Notes: a model not told the origin generated them from the sequence alone. A DNA stretch of 25,714 nucleotides from Candidatus Latescibacterota bacterium (GCA_963662665.2 CAXXJS010000027.1:1-25714), one strand, 5' to 3'. Shown: positions 9,051-18,655, numbered from the stretch's first letter. A program made the numbers and translations.

Positions 9051-9869
9051 TTAAGCGTGTTTTTCTAGAAGTGCCTTGCTCTTCAGAACACCCTCGTGAT
9101 CGTTGGATCTACCCTCGAATTCGATCCCGTAAGGGTTGTCGTAACCCGCCTCCCTCAGAATGGCGAGCGCGGCGGCGCAGTCGATTTCCCGCGACTCGCC
9201 GTCCGCCGTGAAGCTGAGGAATTTTGCATGGGTCGCCCAGGCGTACGGTGCGACCATTCTGAGGTTTTCCAGCTTGTCGTCTTCTGCCGGCCAGTTCAGA
9301 AAATCGGCAAGGACCCGGCAGTGATCGCTTCCAACCGCGTCCATGATCCTGAGTATGTTTGCCGCCGATACCGACACGCCCCCGTGATTCTCCATCAGCA
9401 GCCGGATACCCGCTTGGGCACAAAGTTCGGTGAGTTCGCCAAAGCTTTCGATGCATTTTCCAATATGGGTCTCGGTCACGGATTCGCCCCTGCCGGGGCC
9501 GGTGTTGGCGCGAAACGCGTTGCAGCCCAGCCCCAGGCAGGCGTCGATCCATTTTCTGTGGTTCTCAACGGCTTGTTTTCGTTCCTTTTCGTCGGCCGAG
9601 GCGAGATCGCCGTGGCCGTCCACTGCGATATTCAGCAGCCGTACGCCCGCATCCTCCGCGCGTTGACGCAGTTCCATGAGATATCCATCGGCCAGGCAGC
9701 TGGTCGCGGGGCTCTCCGGATCGGCGTAGGCAAAGAATGGGCTGTTGAGTTCCAACAGACGAATGCCGAATTCGTCAACGGCCAGAGCGGGAAAGTCAAG
9801 GAGACGCAGGGGGTTTTCGGTTGTCCTGAACCGCCGTTGAATGCTCCAGCCCGCGAGTGAGATTTCCAT
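9051..9869 (-). CDS. Sugar phosphate isomerase/epimerase (xylose isomerase-like TIM barrel)
   Basis: ATG at 9869 with GGAGG RBS. Metal-ligand motifs LMENHGG, LADFLNW, THAK and GIEFEG. 272 aa. Confidence 0.88.
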   Translation of the reverse strand: MEISLAGWSIQRRFRTTENPLRLLDFPALAVDEFGIRLLELNSPFFAYADPESPATSCLADGYLMELRQRAEDAGVRLLNIAVDGHGDLASADEKERKQAVENHRKWIDACLGLGCNAFRANTGPGRGESVTETHIGKCIESFGELTELCAQAGIRLLMENHGGVSVSAANILRIMDAVGSDHCRVLADFLNWPAEDDKLENLRMVAPYAWATHAKFLSFTADGESREIDCAAALAILREAGYDNPYGIEFEGRSNDHEGVLKSKALLEKHA

Positions 9870-9903
9870 GGGGGTCGCCTCCGTCGTTGTATTGGGTTTG
9901 CGC

Positions 9904-9937
9904 TTGCATTTGCGGCTGAGTGGGAATATAATATTCC
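9904..9937 (+). promoter_or_regulatory. Sigma70-type promoter for the ggt-like/aspC unit with an overlapping palindrome
   Basis: TTGCAT (9904-9909), 17-nt spacer, perfect TATAAT (9927-9932). The -10 lies inside the palindrome GGAATAT-A-ATATTCC (9923-9937). Confidence 0.65.
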
Positions 9938-10097
9938 GCCGCATGCATTGCCAGCGCTTCCTGTGCTTCCGGCCGCCAACCCTGAACCGGAATTGGAAGC
10001 GCTCGTTCAGCGGATTCCGTAGTACGAAAGATACACACACAGGAACAGACGTACTCACGGACAGCGGTCTTTGCCGTTTATTTAGAAGGGATCTCAC

Positions 10098-11666
10098 GTG
10101 AAGGGCATGGTAACCGCACCCCAACCTCTGGCGGTAGACGTTGGCGTGAAGGTGCTGGCCGACGGCGGCAATGCCGTCGACGCGGCCGTAGCGGCGGCGT
10201 TTGTTCAGATGGTGGCAACGCCGCGCAGTTGCGGTGTAGGCGGTTTCGGTATGATGAACATCCATACGTCGGAAGGGGACCGGATTCTGGATTTCCATGG
10301 GAAGGCCGGCGCCCGGGTCCGGCCCGATATGTGGGAGCATGAAATCGTCCGTGAAAATGCCACGGGGTACGGATACACGCTCAGGGGACAGGTCAACGAA
10401 CGGGGCTATGGCGCGGTAACAACCCCCGGAACGGTGGCCGGCCTTTACAAGGCACAGGCGGATTTCGGGACGATGTCGTGGCGGGAGGCTCTCCAGCCGG
10501 GTATCGCGATTGCAACGGACGGATACGAAGTTACCCGCACGGAGGCGGCGTCTTGGAAACGGGTACCCACTCCCGAGACGACACCTTGGATAACCGTGGC
10601 GACCTCGCCCCACGAGGGCGGAGGCGAGTTGATTGCCAACCCGGATATGGCCAGAACATTCTCGGTTCTGGCCGAAGGCGGCGCCGACGTTTTCTATCGC
10701 GGGGATCTGGCCAGGGCAATTGCCGACGATATGGAAAAGGGCGGCGGATTTGTTACGCTGGAAGACCTCAACCGTTACGAAGTGACGGTTACGCGGCCGC
10801 TGTATTCCCGGTACCGGAAATATACCGTTGCTTCCAATCAGCCGCCCGGAGGCGGGTTGACCATTCTTCAAATGCTCAAGATCCTGGAGGGCTATGGTCT
10901 TGCGGATATGGAACACCTGTCGCCGGAGTACGTGTATACCGTATCGATGGCGATGAAGGCCGCCTGGGCCGACAGGGCGGACCGGATCGGGGATCCGGCA
11001 TTTGTCGACGTGCCCGTTGAAGACCTTCTGTGTGAGAAACGCGCGGCGGCGTGGCGCCGCCGCATCGATGCCCGGAAAGCGATCACGATCCCTCGATGGC
11101 AACCGGCTGAACCGCCGAGTACCACCCATATTTCCGTTGTTGACAGGTGGCGCAATGTGGTGGGTCTGACGCACTCGCTGGGATCCGGATCGGACGTGAT
11201 CACACCGGGATTGGGGTTTATGTACAATAACTGCATGAATTGTTTCAACCCCGTTCCCGGTCAGGTGAATTCCATTGAACCGGGCAAGTCCAGAACAACG
11301 GGTATGGCGCCCACGCTGGTGAAACTGGGTGACAAACCGTTTTTCAGCGTTGGTGCGCCCGGAGGTACCCGGATCGTGACGGGGATTCTCCATGCCATTC
11401 TGAACGTGATCGATCACGGCATGACGGCGACGGAAGCCATCGCGGCTCCCCGATTCGACTGCCAGAGCGACGTGATCGTCGCCCACTCCCGAATCGCGCC
11501 TTCCGTCTGCAATGGCGTTCGCGACATCGGCCATGACGTCCATTCCCTTCTCAACGGCTACGGTGGAATTGCGTCTGTGCATGGGATCGTTATCGATCCG
11601 TCCACCGGAGTCCTCGACGGCGGGGCGGATCCCGGTTCGCCCGGGATGGCGATGGCGGCAATCTGA
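10098..11666 (+). CDS. ggt: Gamma-glutamyltransferase-family (Ntn-hydrolase) protein, cytoplasmic, with an atypical substrate pocket
   Basis: GGNAVDAAVAAA, TPGTVAG, QPPGGG, autocleavage site STTHISVVD, GAPGGTRI and GGADP motifs. GTG start with AGAAGGGG RBS. No signal peptide. Confidence 0.88.
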   Translation: MKGMVTAPQPLAVDVGVKVLADGGNAVDAAVAAAFVQMVATPRSCGVGGFGMMNIHTSEGDRILDFHGKAGARVRPDMWEHEIVRENATGYGYTLRGQVNERGYGAVTTPGTVAGLYKAQADFGTMSWREALQPGIAIATDGYEVTRTEAASWKRVPTPETTPWITVATSPHEGGGELIANPDMARTFSVLAEGGADVFYRGDLARAIADDMEKGGGFVTLEDLNRYEVTVTRPLYSRYRKYTVASNQPPGGGLTILQMLKILEGYGLADMEHLSPEYVYTVSMAMKAAWADRADRIGDPAFVDVPVEDLLCEKRAAAWRRRIDARKAITIPRWQPAEPPSTTHISVVDRWRNVVGLTHSLGSGSDVITPGLGFMYNNCMNCFNPVPGQVNSIEPGKSRTTGMAPTLVKLGDKPFFSVGAPGGTRIVTGILHAILNVIDHGMTATEAIAAPRFDCQSDVIVAHSRIAPSVCNGVRDIGHDVHSLLNGYGGIASVHGIVIDPSTGVLDGGADPGSPGMAMAAI

Positions 11667-11809
11667 GCGTTCGATGCGGATCGAGCCGCCCTGTGTCGAA
11701 AATTTCACCGCCGCAGGTGTCCGGATCGGGGTTACGCATTCTACATAACAAAGATCAGGGTGGCGGTTCAGGGCCAACATGGACGGCCAGGATCTGGAAA
11801 GGAAACGAA

Positions 11810-13009
11810 ATGTTTGAAACGCTGGAGATAGCGCCCGCGGATCCGATTCTGGGATTGACGGCGGCGTTTAACGAGAATACGAATCCAAATCGTATCAATC
11901 TCGGCGTGGGTGTCTATAAGGACGGCGACGGCAACACGCCGGTTTTAAACTCGGTCCAACGTGCGGAGGCCCGGATCCTCGACCGGCAGACCACGAAAGA
12001 CTATCTGCTGATTTCCGGCGGGCCTGAATACGCGGCGGCCGTACAGGCCCTGTTGTTCGGCCCCGATCACGAAATCGTTACCGGACAACGGGCGGCCACT
12101 GTACAGGCGCCTGGGGGGACCGGAGGACTACGCGTCGCAGGCGATTTCGTCCACAAGCTGTTTCCTCGGGCGAGAATCTGGCTGAGCGATCCGACCTGGG
12201 CGAATCATCCCAATATCTACAAACACGCCGGGGTGGCCATTGAGACGTATGCTTATTTCGAGAAGGAGACGAACGATCTCGATTTCGCCGCAATGCGTGA
12301 TGCTTTGGCGTCCGTTCCCGAGGGAGACGTCGTACTGTTGCACGGCTGTTGTCACAACCCCACAGGGATCGATCCCACGCCCGAACAATGGGAGGAGATC
12401 GCTGACGTGGCCGCTGCGCGCGGCTGGATACCTCTGGTGGACTTTGCCTATCATGGGCTGGGGGACGGGCTCGAGCAGGACCGACGGGGATTGATGGCAT
12501 TTTGCCGATCGGGCGCCGAGTTGATGGTGTCCAGTTCGTTTTCGAAGAATTTCGGCCTTTACAACGAGCGCGTCGGCGCGCTTACCGTCGTGGCATCCTC
12601 TCCGGAGGCGGCCAGTGCGTTGATGAGCCAGGTGATGATCTGTATCCGGGCCAACTATTCGAATCCTCCGGCCCACGGCGCGGCCATCGTGACGGAGGTG
12701 CTGAACGACTCCGGACTTTGCCTGCAGTGGGAGGGCGAGGTAAAGGAGATGCGGAACCGGATCAACCGCATGCGGGCATTATTCGTGGATACCCTTGAGC
12801 GGAAAGGCGTGCGGCGCGATTTTTCGTTCATCGCCCGGCAGCGGGGAATGTTCTCGTTTTCGGGCCTGAATAGCGAACAGGTGGAAACCCTCAGGGACGA
12901 ATATTCCATCTATATGGTGGGCTCGGGTCGGATAAACGTGGCGGGCATTACAGAGGCGAACGTCGACTATCTCTGCGACTCGATTGCCGCTGTGCTTCGG
13001 GCATCGTAA
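11810..13009 (+). CDS. aspC: Aspartate/aromatic amino acid aminotransferase (class I, subgroup Ia)
   Basis: APADPILGL, NLGVGVYKD, LHGCCHNPTG, PLP-lysine motif SFSKNFGLYNERVG, IRANYSNPP and GRINVAG. ATG at 11810 after AAGGA. Confidence 0.93.
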   Translation: MFETLEIAPADPILGLTAAFNENTNPNRINLGVGVYKDGDGNTPVLNSVQRAEARILDRQTTKDYLLISGGPEYAAAVQALLFGPDHEIVTGQRAATVQAPGGTGGLRVAGDFVHKLFPRARIWLSDPTWANHPNIYKHAGVAIETYAYFEKETNDLDFAAMRDALASVPEGDVVLLHGCCHNPTGIDPTPEQWEEIADVAAARGWIPLVDFAYHGLGDGLEQDRRGLMAFCRSGAELMVSSSFSKNFGLYNERVGALTVVASSPEAASALMSQVMICIRANYSNPPAHGAAIVTEVLNDSGLCLQWEGEVKEMRNRINRMRALFVDTLERKGVRRDFSFIARQRGMFSFSGLNSEQVETLRDEYSIYMVGSGRINVAGITEANVDYLCDSIAAVLRAS

Positions 13010-13095
13010 TGCCGTCTCGACCGCGGGGGAACGTTCTCTCTTGCCGCGAAATCGACAGCGGTGAAGGCAGCCGGGAAAGTGCGGGTGAGTAGACG

Positions 13096-14598
13096 ATGGA
13101 AGATTCGCTGTTCTGGGGCGACCTGCACGCGCACTGTGCGATAAGCTATGGTTACGGCAGTCTCGATAGAGCCTTCAGACTGGCGAACGAGCACCTGGAT
13201 TTCTGTTCGGTCGTGGGGCATGCAACGTGGCACGACATGCCGGTCGATCGTGACCGGCACGGCTACGTCATCGACTACCACAGGGAGGGATTCGACAGGC
13301 TGAGACAAAACTGGCCGCACGTGCAGGAAACGGTACGGAAACATAACCGGCCGGGGCGGTTTGTTACGTTTCCGGGATACGAATGGCACTCGTGCGCCTA
13401 CGGCGACCACAACGTCTACTACCTGGAGGATGGCGGCGAAATCGTGGAGCGCGATAGCCTGGAAGAACTGGACGACGCGTTCGAAGGCCTGGACGTGATG
13501 ATCCACCCCCACCATATAGGTTATGGTGAAGGCTTCAGAGGGATCAATTGGTCGCATTTCAACGCGCGTCGCTCGCCGGCCGTCGAGATACTGTCGGGGC
13601 ACGGCGGCTCGGAGCGGGACGGCGGTCCGTATCCCATGTACCATACGATGGGGCCCAGGCAACACAGCGGTACGGTCGCGCACGGACTTGAGCTGGGTCA
13701 CCGGTTCGGTTTTCTGGGAGGCACGGACCATCATGCGGGATATCCCGGGCACTACGGCGAGGGAAGGACGGGCGTGTACGCCCCTGAACTCACGCGCCAC
13801 GCGATCTGGAACGCGATTCGCGCCCGACGCTGTTACGCGGTAACGGGAGACCGCATCGTGCTGAGCTTTTCCATTAACGACGCGGAGATGGGTGACGAGA
13901 CGGTCGTACAGGGCGCCCGTGAAATCAGGGTGGCCGCCCGGGGCGCCGACGTCCTGGATCGAATAGAGGTGGTGAAGAACAACCGGCCGTTGAAACGGGT
14001 TTTCGGCCCTCCGCCCGTACCGGCGGTGCCCGATCCGGTCCGGGCGAAGGTCCGGGTGGAATGGGGCTGGGGGGACAAAGAGGAGTGGGTGCGGTGGGAT
14101 GCCAGGGTCCGGCTCTCCGACGGTCGGCTGGTTACCGTGGAACCCTGTTTCACCGGCGATCCCGTCCTGGCGCCCTCGGCGGACGGTGCGCTCGAGGCAA
14201 CCGGCGAGGAGCCGGTTCACGGCATTGTGACGCAGGATGAACGGCACGTGGTCTGGTTCTCTCACACCCGGGGGAATCCGCATCCGTACTTGCGGGGGAC
14301 AAACGCGCTGATCCTGGAACTGGATGCGCCTCGCTCCGCCTCACTGGAATTCCGTGTGAACAGTGCAACCTATCGCTGTCTGCTGGCGGACCTTCTCAGG
14401 GGATCGAGGAGCGAGTTCATCCGGGGATGGCGGTCCGAGGCGATGCTCGTGCACCGGGCGGTACCCGAGGCCCAACTGCAAAAGTCACTCGTGTTTGAAG
14501 ACGACGAGCCGGAGCGCGATACCGATTTCTACTACGTCCGCGTTTCGCAGGAGAACAACCAGTGGGCCTGGGCAAGCCCCATCTGGGTGTCGCGTTGA
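13096..14598 (+). CDS. DUF3604-family / PHP-like metal-dependent hydrolase
   Basis: WGDLHAHC, FPGYEW, GDHNVYY, IHPHH, GGTDHHAGYPG, IRARRCYAVTG and terminal YYVRVSQENNQWAWASPIWV motifs. Confidence 0.8.
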   Translation: MEDSLFWGDLHAHCAISYGYGSLDRAFRLANEHLDFCSVVGHATWHDMPVDRDRHGYVIDYHREGFDRLRQNWPHVQETVRKHNRPGRFVTFPGYEWHSCAYGDHNVYYLEDGGEIVERDSLEELDDAFEGLDVMIHPHHIGYGEGFRGINWSHFNARRSPAVEILSGHGGSERDGGPYPMYHTMGPRQHSGTVAHGLELGHRFGFLGGTDHHAGYPGHYGEGRTGVYAPELTRHAIWNAIRARRCYAVTGDRIVLSFSINDAEMGDETVVQGAREIRVAARGADVLDRIEVVKNNRPLKRVFGPPPVPAVPDPVRAKVRVEWGWGDKEEWVRWDARVRLSDGRLVTVEPCFTGDPVLAPSADGALEATGEEPVHGIVTQDERHVVWFSHTRGNPHPYLRGTNALILELDAPRSASLEFRVNSATYRCLLADLLRGSRSEFIRGWRSEAMLVHRAVPEAQLQKSLVFEDDEPERDTDFYYVRVSQENNQWAWASPIWVSR

Positions 14599-14712
14599 AT
14601 GATCGTCCCGGTTGCGGATGTCCATGATCGGCGCGCATGGGCGCTGCGGAGTGCGACCGTGAAGGATTCCCGGGCGTCGATTCGCGCGAGTCGTGAGGAA
14701 TGGAGGTCATCG

Positions 14713-15486
14713 ATGGTGCTGAAAGATCGGGTGGCTATCGTCACGGGCGGGAGTTCGGGTATCGGCCGCGGCGTCGCCCTGGAATTCGCAAAAGAGGGCG
14801 CGGCGGTGGTGGTGGCCGATATCCAGGAGGCGCCGAAACGGGGAAAATATCACGAACAGGAAGTCCGGACAACAACTCTGGAGGAGGTGCGAGGGCTGGG
14901 TGGTGACGGGATGTTCATAGAAACCGACGTAGGCGACGCCGCCGCGGTCGAGGCCCTCGTGAACCGGACGGTCGACGGGTTCGGCGGACTGGATATTCTG
15001 GTGAATAACGCGGGAGTACATATTCCGGGGGATAGTCAGACGCTGACACTGGAGGCGTGGGACACGGTGATGGGCGTCAATATACGAGGCGTATTCGTCG
15101 CTTCCAGAACCGCGATCCCCCATTTGAAACGATCACGAGCCGGGAGAATTGTAAATATCGCGTCGGTGCATTCATTCGGCGGCGGCGGCGGCCCGGCCTA
15201 TGCGCCCGCCAAGGCCGGCGTGGTCAACCTCACGCGCGACCTGGCGATGGAAGTGGCTACGGAAGGGGTAACGGTGAATGCGGTCTGCCCGGGCTATATT
15301 GAAACCGCCATACAGGATTATCTGACCGAGGAACAGATACAGGATGCGCTGGACAACACCCCCCTTCCCCGGTTCGGATTACCCCGGGATATCGGGCGCG
15401 CGTGTGTCTTCCTGGCGTCGTCGGACGCGGAGTGGATCACGGGGGTGGCGCTGCCGGTTGACGGCGGCTGGCTCGCGCCCGTCTAA
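14713..15486 (+). CDS. Short-chain dehydrogenase/reductase (classical SDR)
   Basis: TGGSSGIG, LVNNAG, catalytic YAPAK, NAVCPG and VDGG motifs. ATG at 14713 after GGAGG. Confidence 0.93.
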   Translation: MVLKDRVAIVTGGSSGIGRGVALEFAKEGAAVVVADIQEAPKRGKYHEQEVRTTTLEEVRGLGGDGMFIETDVGDAAAVEALVNRTVDGFGGLDILVNNAGVHIPGDSQTLTLEAWDTVMGVNIRGVFVASRTAIPHLKRSRAGRIVNIASVHSFGGGGGPAYAPAKAGVVNLTRDLAMEVATEGVTVNAVCPGYIETAIQDYLTEEQIQDALDNTPLPRFGLPRDIGRACVFLASSDAEWITGVALPVDGGWLAPV

Positions 15487-15547
15487 GGGATGGAACCCGC
15501 CGCGGGCCACGAACCGCGTTCGCTTTCGATCGATTAATCGGTGAAGA

Positions 15548-16615
15548 ATGGAGATCCGAGCCGTACGAGAGGACGAGATTGAGGAGACGTTGGCGCTCCA
15601 GCGGATGGTTTTCCGGCCGGACGAGGGGGCGGTGGCGCTCGAGCGGTACCGGGCGTACGTGCGGGACGATCCGAGTTTTCGGCTGGACCAGTCGCGGGTT
15701 CTCCTGGAAGACGGGCGCATCGTGGCGCATCTGCGGGTATGGGACCGGGAGATTCGCGTGCGTGAGGCTGTTTTGCGCGCCGGCGGGATCGGCAGCGTTC
15801 TGACCCACCCCGATTACCGGGGCCGGGGGTTTGCGCGTGCGCTGATGCGGAATGCTGAATCGTACATGTTGAACGCCGGGTACGACGTTGGGCTCCTTTT
15901 TACGATTATCGGAACGCCGTTCTACGAGGCGCTGGGTTGGACACCCATCCCGCTGCCGACGTTTGCAGTCAACCTGGGGTCCGGGCCCGTTGAACGCCCG
16001 TCTCGCCGCGTCAGGGCCCTGGACGTGACCAGGGACCTGGATTGCGTGATGGAGATCTACAAGCAAGGTTCCCGTTGCCTCACCGGTCCTGAAGTGAGAC
16101 AGGGAGAGTACTGGTGTGCCGGCCCATCGCTTATACGGGGCGTTTTCCCTCAATGGGGCGTCGAGCTGGATGCGAATTTGTGCGGTTATGCGACCTTCGA
16201 GGCGAGCGAGGATCGGGTCTGGGTGAAAGAAGGTTGCGTTACGCCATCGCTTGACGACGTGTTCGAAGACCTGGCACGGCTGATCTGCCTGCACGCCCTC
16301 CGGAACGGATTAAACCGGGTAGAGGGCAGTCTTCCCGTGGGCCACGGATTGGCGCGCGCGCTTGAAAAGGTCTGTGGTTCCACCGCATCGTGGGACAGTC
16401 ACGATGAAATGATGTTGAAGGGCATCAACTGGCGCACGATCGTTGAGAAGCTGAACGGTAACCCGCGGACGGTGGGAGCGCCGGCGGACGAGGGAGCGTT
16501 CTGGCGGGCGTTGTACGGTCAGGACGTGGAAGGCCGGAGCGAAACGATGGCGGAGTGGATGGAATCTCTGCCGAAGTGTGAAGGACCCTTCTACTGGTGG
16601 AGCGACATCTTTTAG
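15548..16615 (+). CDS. GNAT-family N-acetyltransferase, Eis-like tandem GNAT
   Basis: Acetyl-CoA motif A GIGSVLTHPDYRGRGFARALM and motif B FYEALGW, followed by a degenerate second GNAT-like region. Confidence 0.8.
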   Translation: MEIRAVREDEIEETLALQRMVFRPDEGAVALERYRAYVRDDPSFRLDQSRVLLEDGRIVAHLRVWDREIRVREAVLRAGGIGSVLTHPDYRGRGFARALMRNAESYMLNAGYDVGLLFTIIGTPFYEALGWTPIPLPTFAVNLGSGPVERPSRRVRALDVTRDLDCVMEIYKQGSRCLTGPEVRQGEYWCAGPSLIRGVFPQWGVELDANLCGYATFEASEDRVWVKEGCVTPSLDDVFEDLARLICLHALRNGLNRVEGSLPVGHGLARALEKVCGSTASWDSHDEMMLKGINWRTIVEKLNGNPRTVGAPADEGAFWRALYGQDVEGRSETMAEWMESLPKCEGPFYWWSDIF

Positions 16616-16618
16616 GAT

Positions 16619-18466
16619 TCAGTCGAGGAGCCGGGCTTCGGCTTCGTCCACCATTCCAGCCAGAATCCGCGTTGCAAGCTGGTCGATTGCGGTTTTTGTC
16701 TCCCCCAGGTCCGGTCCGCACAGGTGGGGGCGGTCCACGGACGCGGCGGAGACGTAATATTTGATTTTGGGTTCGGTTCCTGAGGGTCGGGCGGTTACGC
16801 GGGTATGACCGGCAGCGGTGAAGGTGAATGCAATTACGTCGCCCATTGCGCCGTCAATCTTTCGGCTGGCCCCTGTTCGCAGGTCCCGAGCGATGCCCAC
16901 CGCCCTGTCGATGTTCTCCACGACGTCAAATCCGCCGATCTGCCGGGGCGGACGGGTCCGCAGGGACTCCATAATGCGGACGATATCCCGGCTGCCCCGC
17001 GCCCCGGTTCTGAATACAGACTCCTGGATTTCCCGGAAGTAGCCATATTCCGAATAGATTTCGTCCAGGTAGTCTCGCAACGTTCGGCCGCGGGGTTTGA
17101 GGCCCGCGGCGCATTCGCACAGGAGGACGGCCGCAGCGGCAGCGTCCTTGTCCCGGGTGAACGACCCGGCCAGATAGCCATGGCTTTCTTCGGCGCCGAA
17201 CAGGAATTCGGCGCCCGGCGGTAGATCGGCGATGACTCTGCCTATGTATTTGAAGCCGACCAGCAGGTCGTCTATGACCCTGGCGCCGAACGCGCGCGCG
17301 ATGATGGACGTGAGGTCTGTAGTGACGATTGTTTTTGCGACAATCCCGTCTCCCGGAAGTTCCCGGCGGTTTTTTTTTGTTTGCAAAAGGTAGTGGCAGA
17401 GAACAACGCCAATCTGATTGCCGTTGAGCGCAAGATCCTCAAGTGGGGCGTCCCATCCGCGTCGGGCATCCGGTACGGCGCAACCCAGACGGTCGGCGTC
17501 CGGGTCGCTGGCGATGACGATATCGGCTTCAATCTCGGCGGCTTTTTGGACGGCCAGAGCCAGTGCGCGGGGATCCTCGGGGTTGGCAATGCCTTTGTGA
17601 ACCGTGGGGAAGTTGCCATCCGGTTGCGCCTGCGACGGGACTGCGTGCAGATCTTTATAGCCGAGGACCTCCAGCGCTGGCAATACTGACGTTAAACCCA
17701 CGCCGTGCAGCGGGGTGTAGACCACCCGAACCTGGCGTTCGGGCCTCATGGTGAGTCCGGCCAACTCTCGATGGTAGCGAGTATCGACCGTGCGATCCAG
17801 TATTCCGATGAGGCCCTGTTCAACCGCCTGCTTGAAGTCGAGTTTTTCGATCGCGGATACCGAGTTGACCTCGGCGATGATGTTTCTGTCGTGGGGAGGT
17901 ACGACCTGGCCTCCATCGGCCCAGTACACCTTGATTCCATTGTCACCTGGCGGGTTGTGGCTGGCGCTGATCACCACGCCGGCCACAGCATTGGTCAACC
18001 GGACCGCAAAGGAAAGTTCAGGAGAGGACCGAAAGGTTTCAAAGATACTGGCGCGGATACCGTTGCCGGAAAGAACAGCCGCGACCTCTTTGGCGAAGAC
18101 TCGCGAATTGTTCCGTGTGTCGTGCGCGACAACCACGCCGCGGCGCGGTGCATCGGCGCCCGATCTCAGAACGTACTGGGCTATGCCCTGTGCGGCTTCA
18201 CCGACGGTACGCAGGTTGATGCGGTTCGGGCCCGGTCCCATAGCGCCGCGAATGCCTCCGGTGCCAAATTCGATCCTTACGCGAAAAGCGTCTTCCAGTT
18301 CGTTCAGATCCTCGGCACGGACCAGGCTTTTGATTTCCTCCTTCGAATCGGCGAAACGGGGGTCGGTGAGCCAGAGCGCGGCATGTTCTCCCGCGGCTTC
18401 GGACAGTTCGCCCGCAGCGACCCAGAACCGGATTTTTTCCAATAGATCCGTGGGTGTTTTTTTCAC
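16619..18466 (-). CDS. Phospho-sugar mutase (phosphoglucomutase/phosphomannomutase family)
   Basis: FGTGGIRG, phosphoserine loop ISASHNP, metal loop DPDADR, sugar loop GAEESHG and RPSGTEPKIKYY. Confidence 0.95.
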   Translation of the reverse strand: MKKTPTDLLEKIRFWVAAGELSEAAGEHAALWLTDPRFADSKEEIKSLVRAEDLNELEDAFRVRIEFGTGGIRGAMGPGPNRINLRTVGEAAQGIAQYVLRSGADAPRRGVVVAHDTRNNSRVFAKEVAAVLSGNGIRASIFETFRSSPELSFAVRLTNAVAGVVISASHNPPGDNGIKVYWADGGQVVPPHDRNIIAEVNSVSAIEKLDFKQAVEQGLIGILDRTVDTRYHRELAGLTMRPERQVRVVYTPLHGVGLTSVLPALEVLGYKDLHAVPSQAQPDGNFPTVHKGIANPEDPRALALAVQKAAEIEADIVIASDPDADRLGCAVPDARRGWDAPLEDLALNGNQIGVVLCHYLLQTKKNRRELPGDGIVAKTIVTTDLTSIIARAFGARVIDDLLVGFKYIGRVIADLPPGAEFLFGAEESHGYLAGSFTRDKDAAAAAVLLCECAAGLKPRGRTLRDYLDEIYSEYGYFREIQESVFRTGARGSRDIVRIMESLRTRPPRQIGGFDVVENIDRAVGIARDLRTGASRKIDGAMGDVIAFTFTAAGHTRVTARPSGTEPKIKYYVSAASVDRPHLCGPDLGETKTAIDQLATRILAGMVDEAEARLLD

Positions 18467-18592
18467 TGAACCGTTCCTGGTTTATCCGGGCTAATCACGT
18501 CGACGAAAGAAAGCCGAAACCGTCGGGGGTGCCTGTTGCGGCCTCGACTACCAATATATCTCATGAAACGCTTCGATCAACATATAAATCGC

Positions 18593-18620
18593 TTGACATT
18601 CGGAAGACATTGTGCATATT
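18593..18620 (+). promoter_or_regulatory. Sigma70-type promoter for the DUF2953-GerW-ATP-grasp unit
   Basis: TTGACA (18593-18598), 16-nt spacer, CATATT (18615-18620) in an AT-rich stretch; RBS AAGGAG (18642-18647). Confidence 0.55.
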
Positions 18621-18655
18621 GATCGTAAGTGAAACAGTTATAAGGAGTTGGTCAT

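Noticed and set aside
9051-11780. 909-aa minus-strand ORF
   Set aside because: Only the last 272 aa (from ATG 9869, with GGAGG RBS) are a recognisable epimerase. The rest is the antisense shadow of the ggt-like gene, as expected in GC-rich DNA.
15548-16615. GNAT as an ArsN/PAT-like self-resistance gene for the radical SAM product
   Set aside because: It is a long Eis-like protein rather than a short PAT/ArsN1 type, lies several kb away in another transcription unit, and nothing in the sequence links the two.
16613-16621. Convergent stops of the GNAT and mutase genes only 3 bp apart
   Set aside because: Common in compact bacterial genomes; no further signal seen.
17370-17378. T9 homopolymer (A9 on the coding strand) in the phospho-sugar mutase
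   Set aside because: The reading frame is intact (encodes TKKN) and there is no evidence of phase variation from a single sequence.
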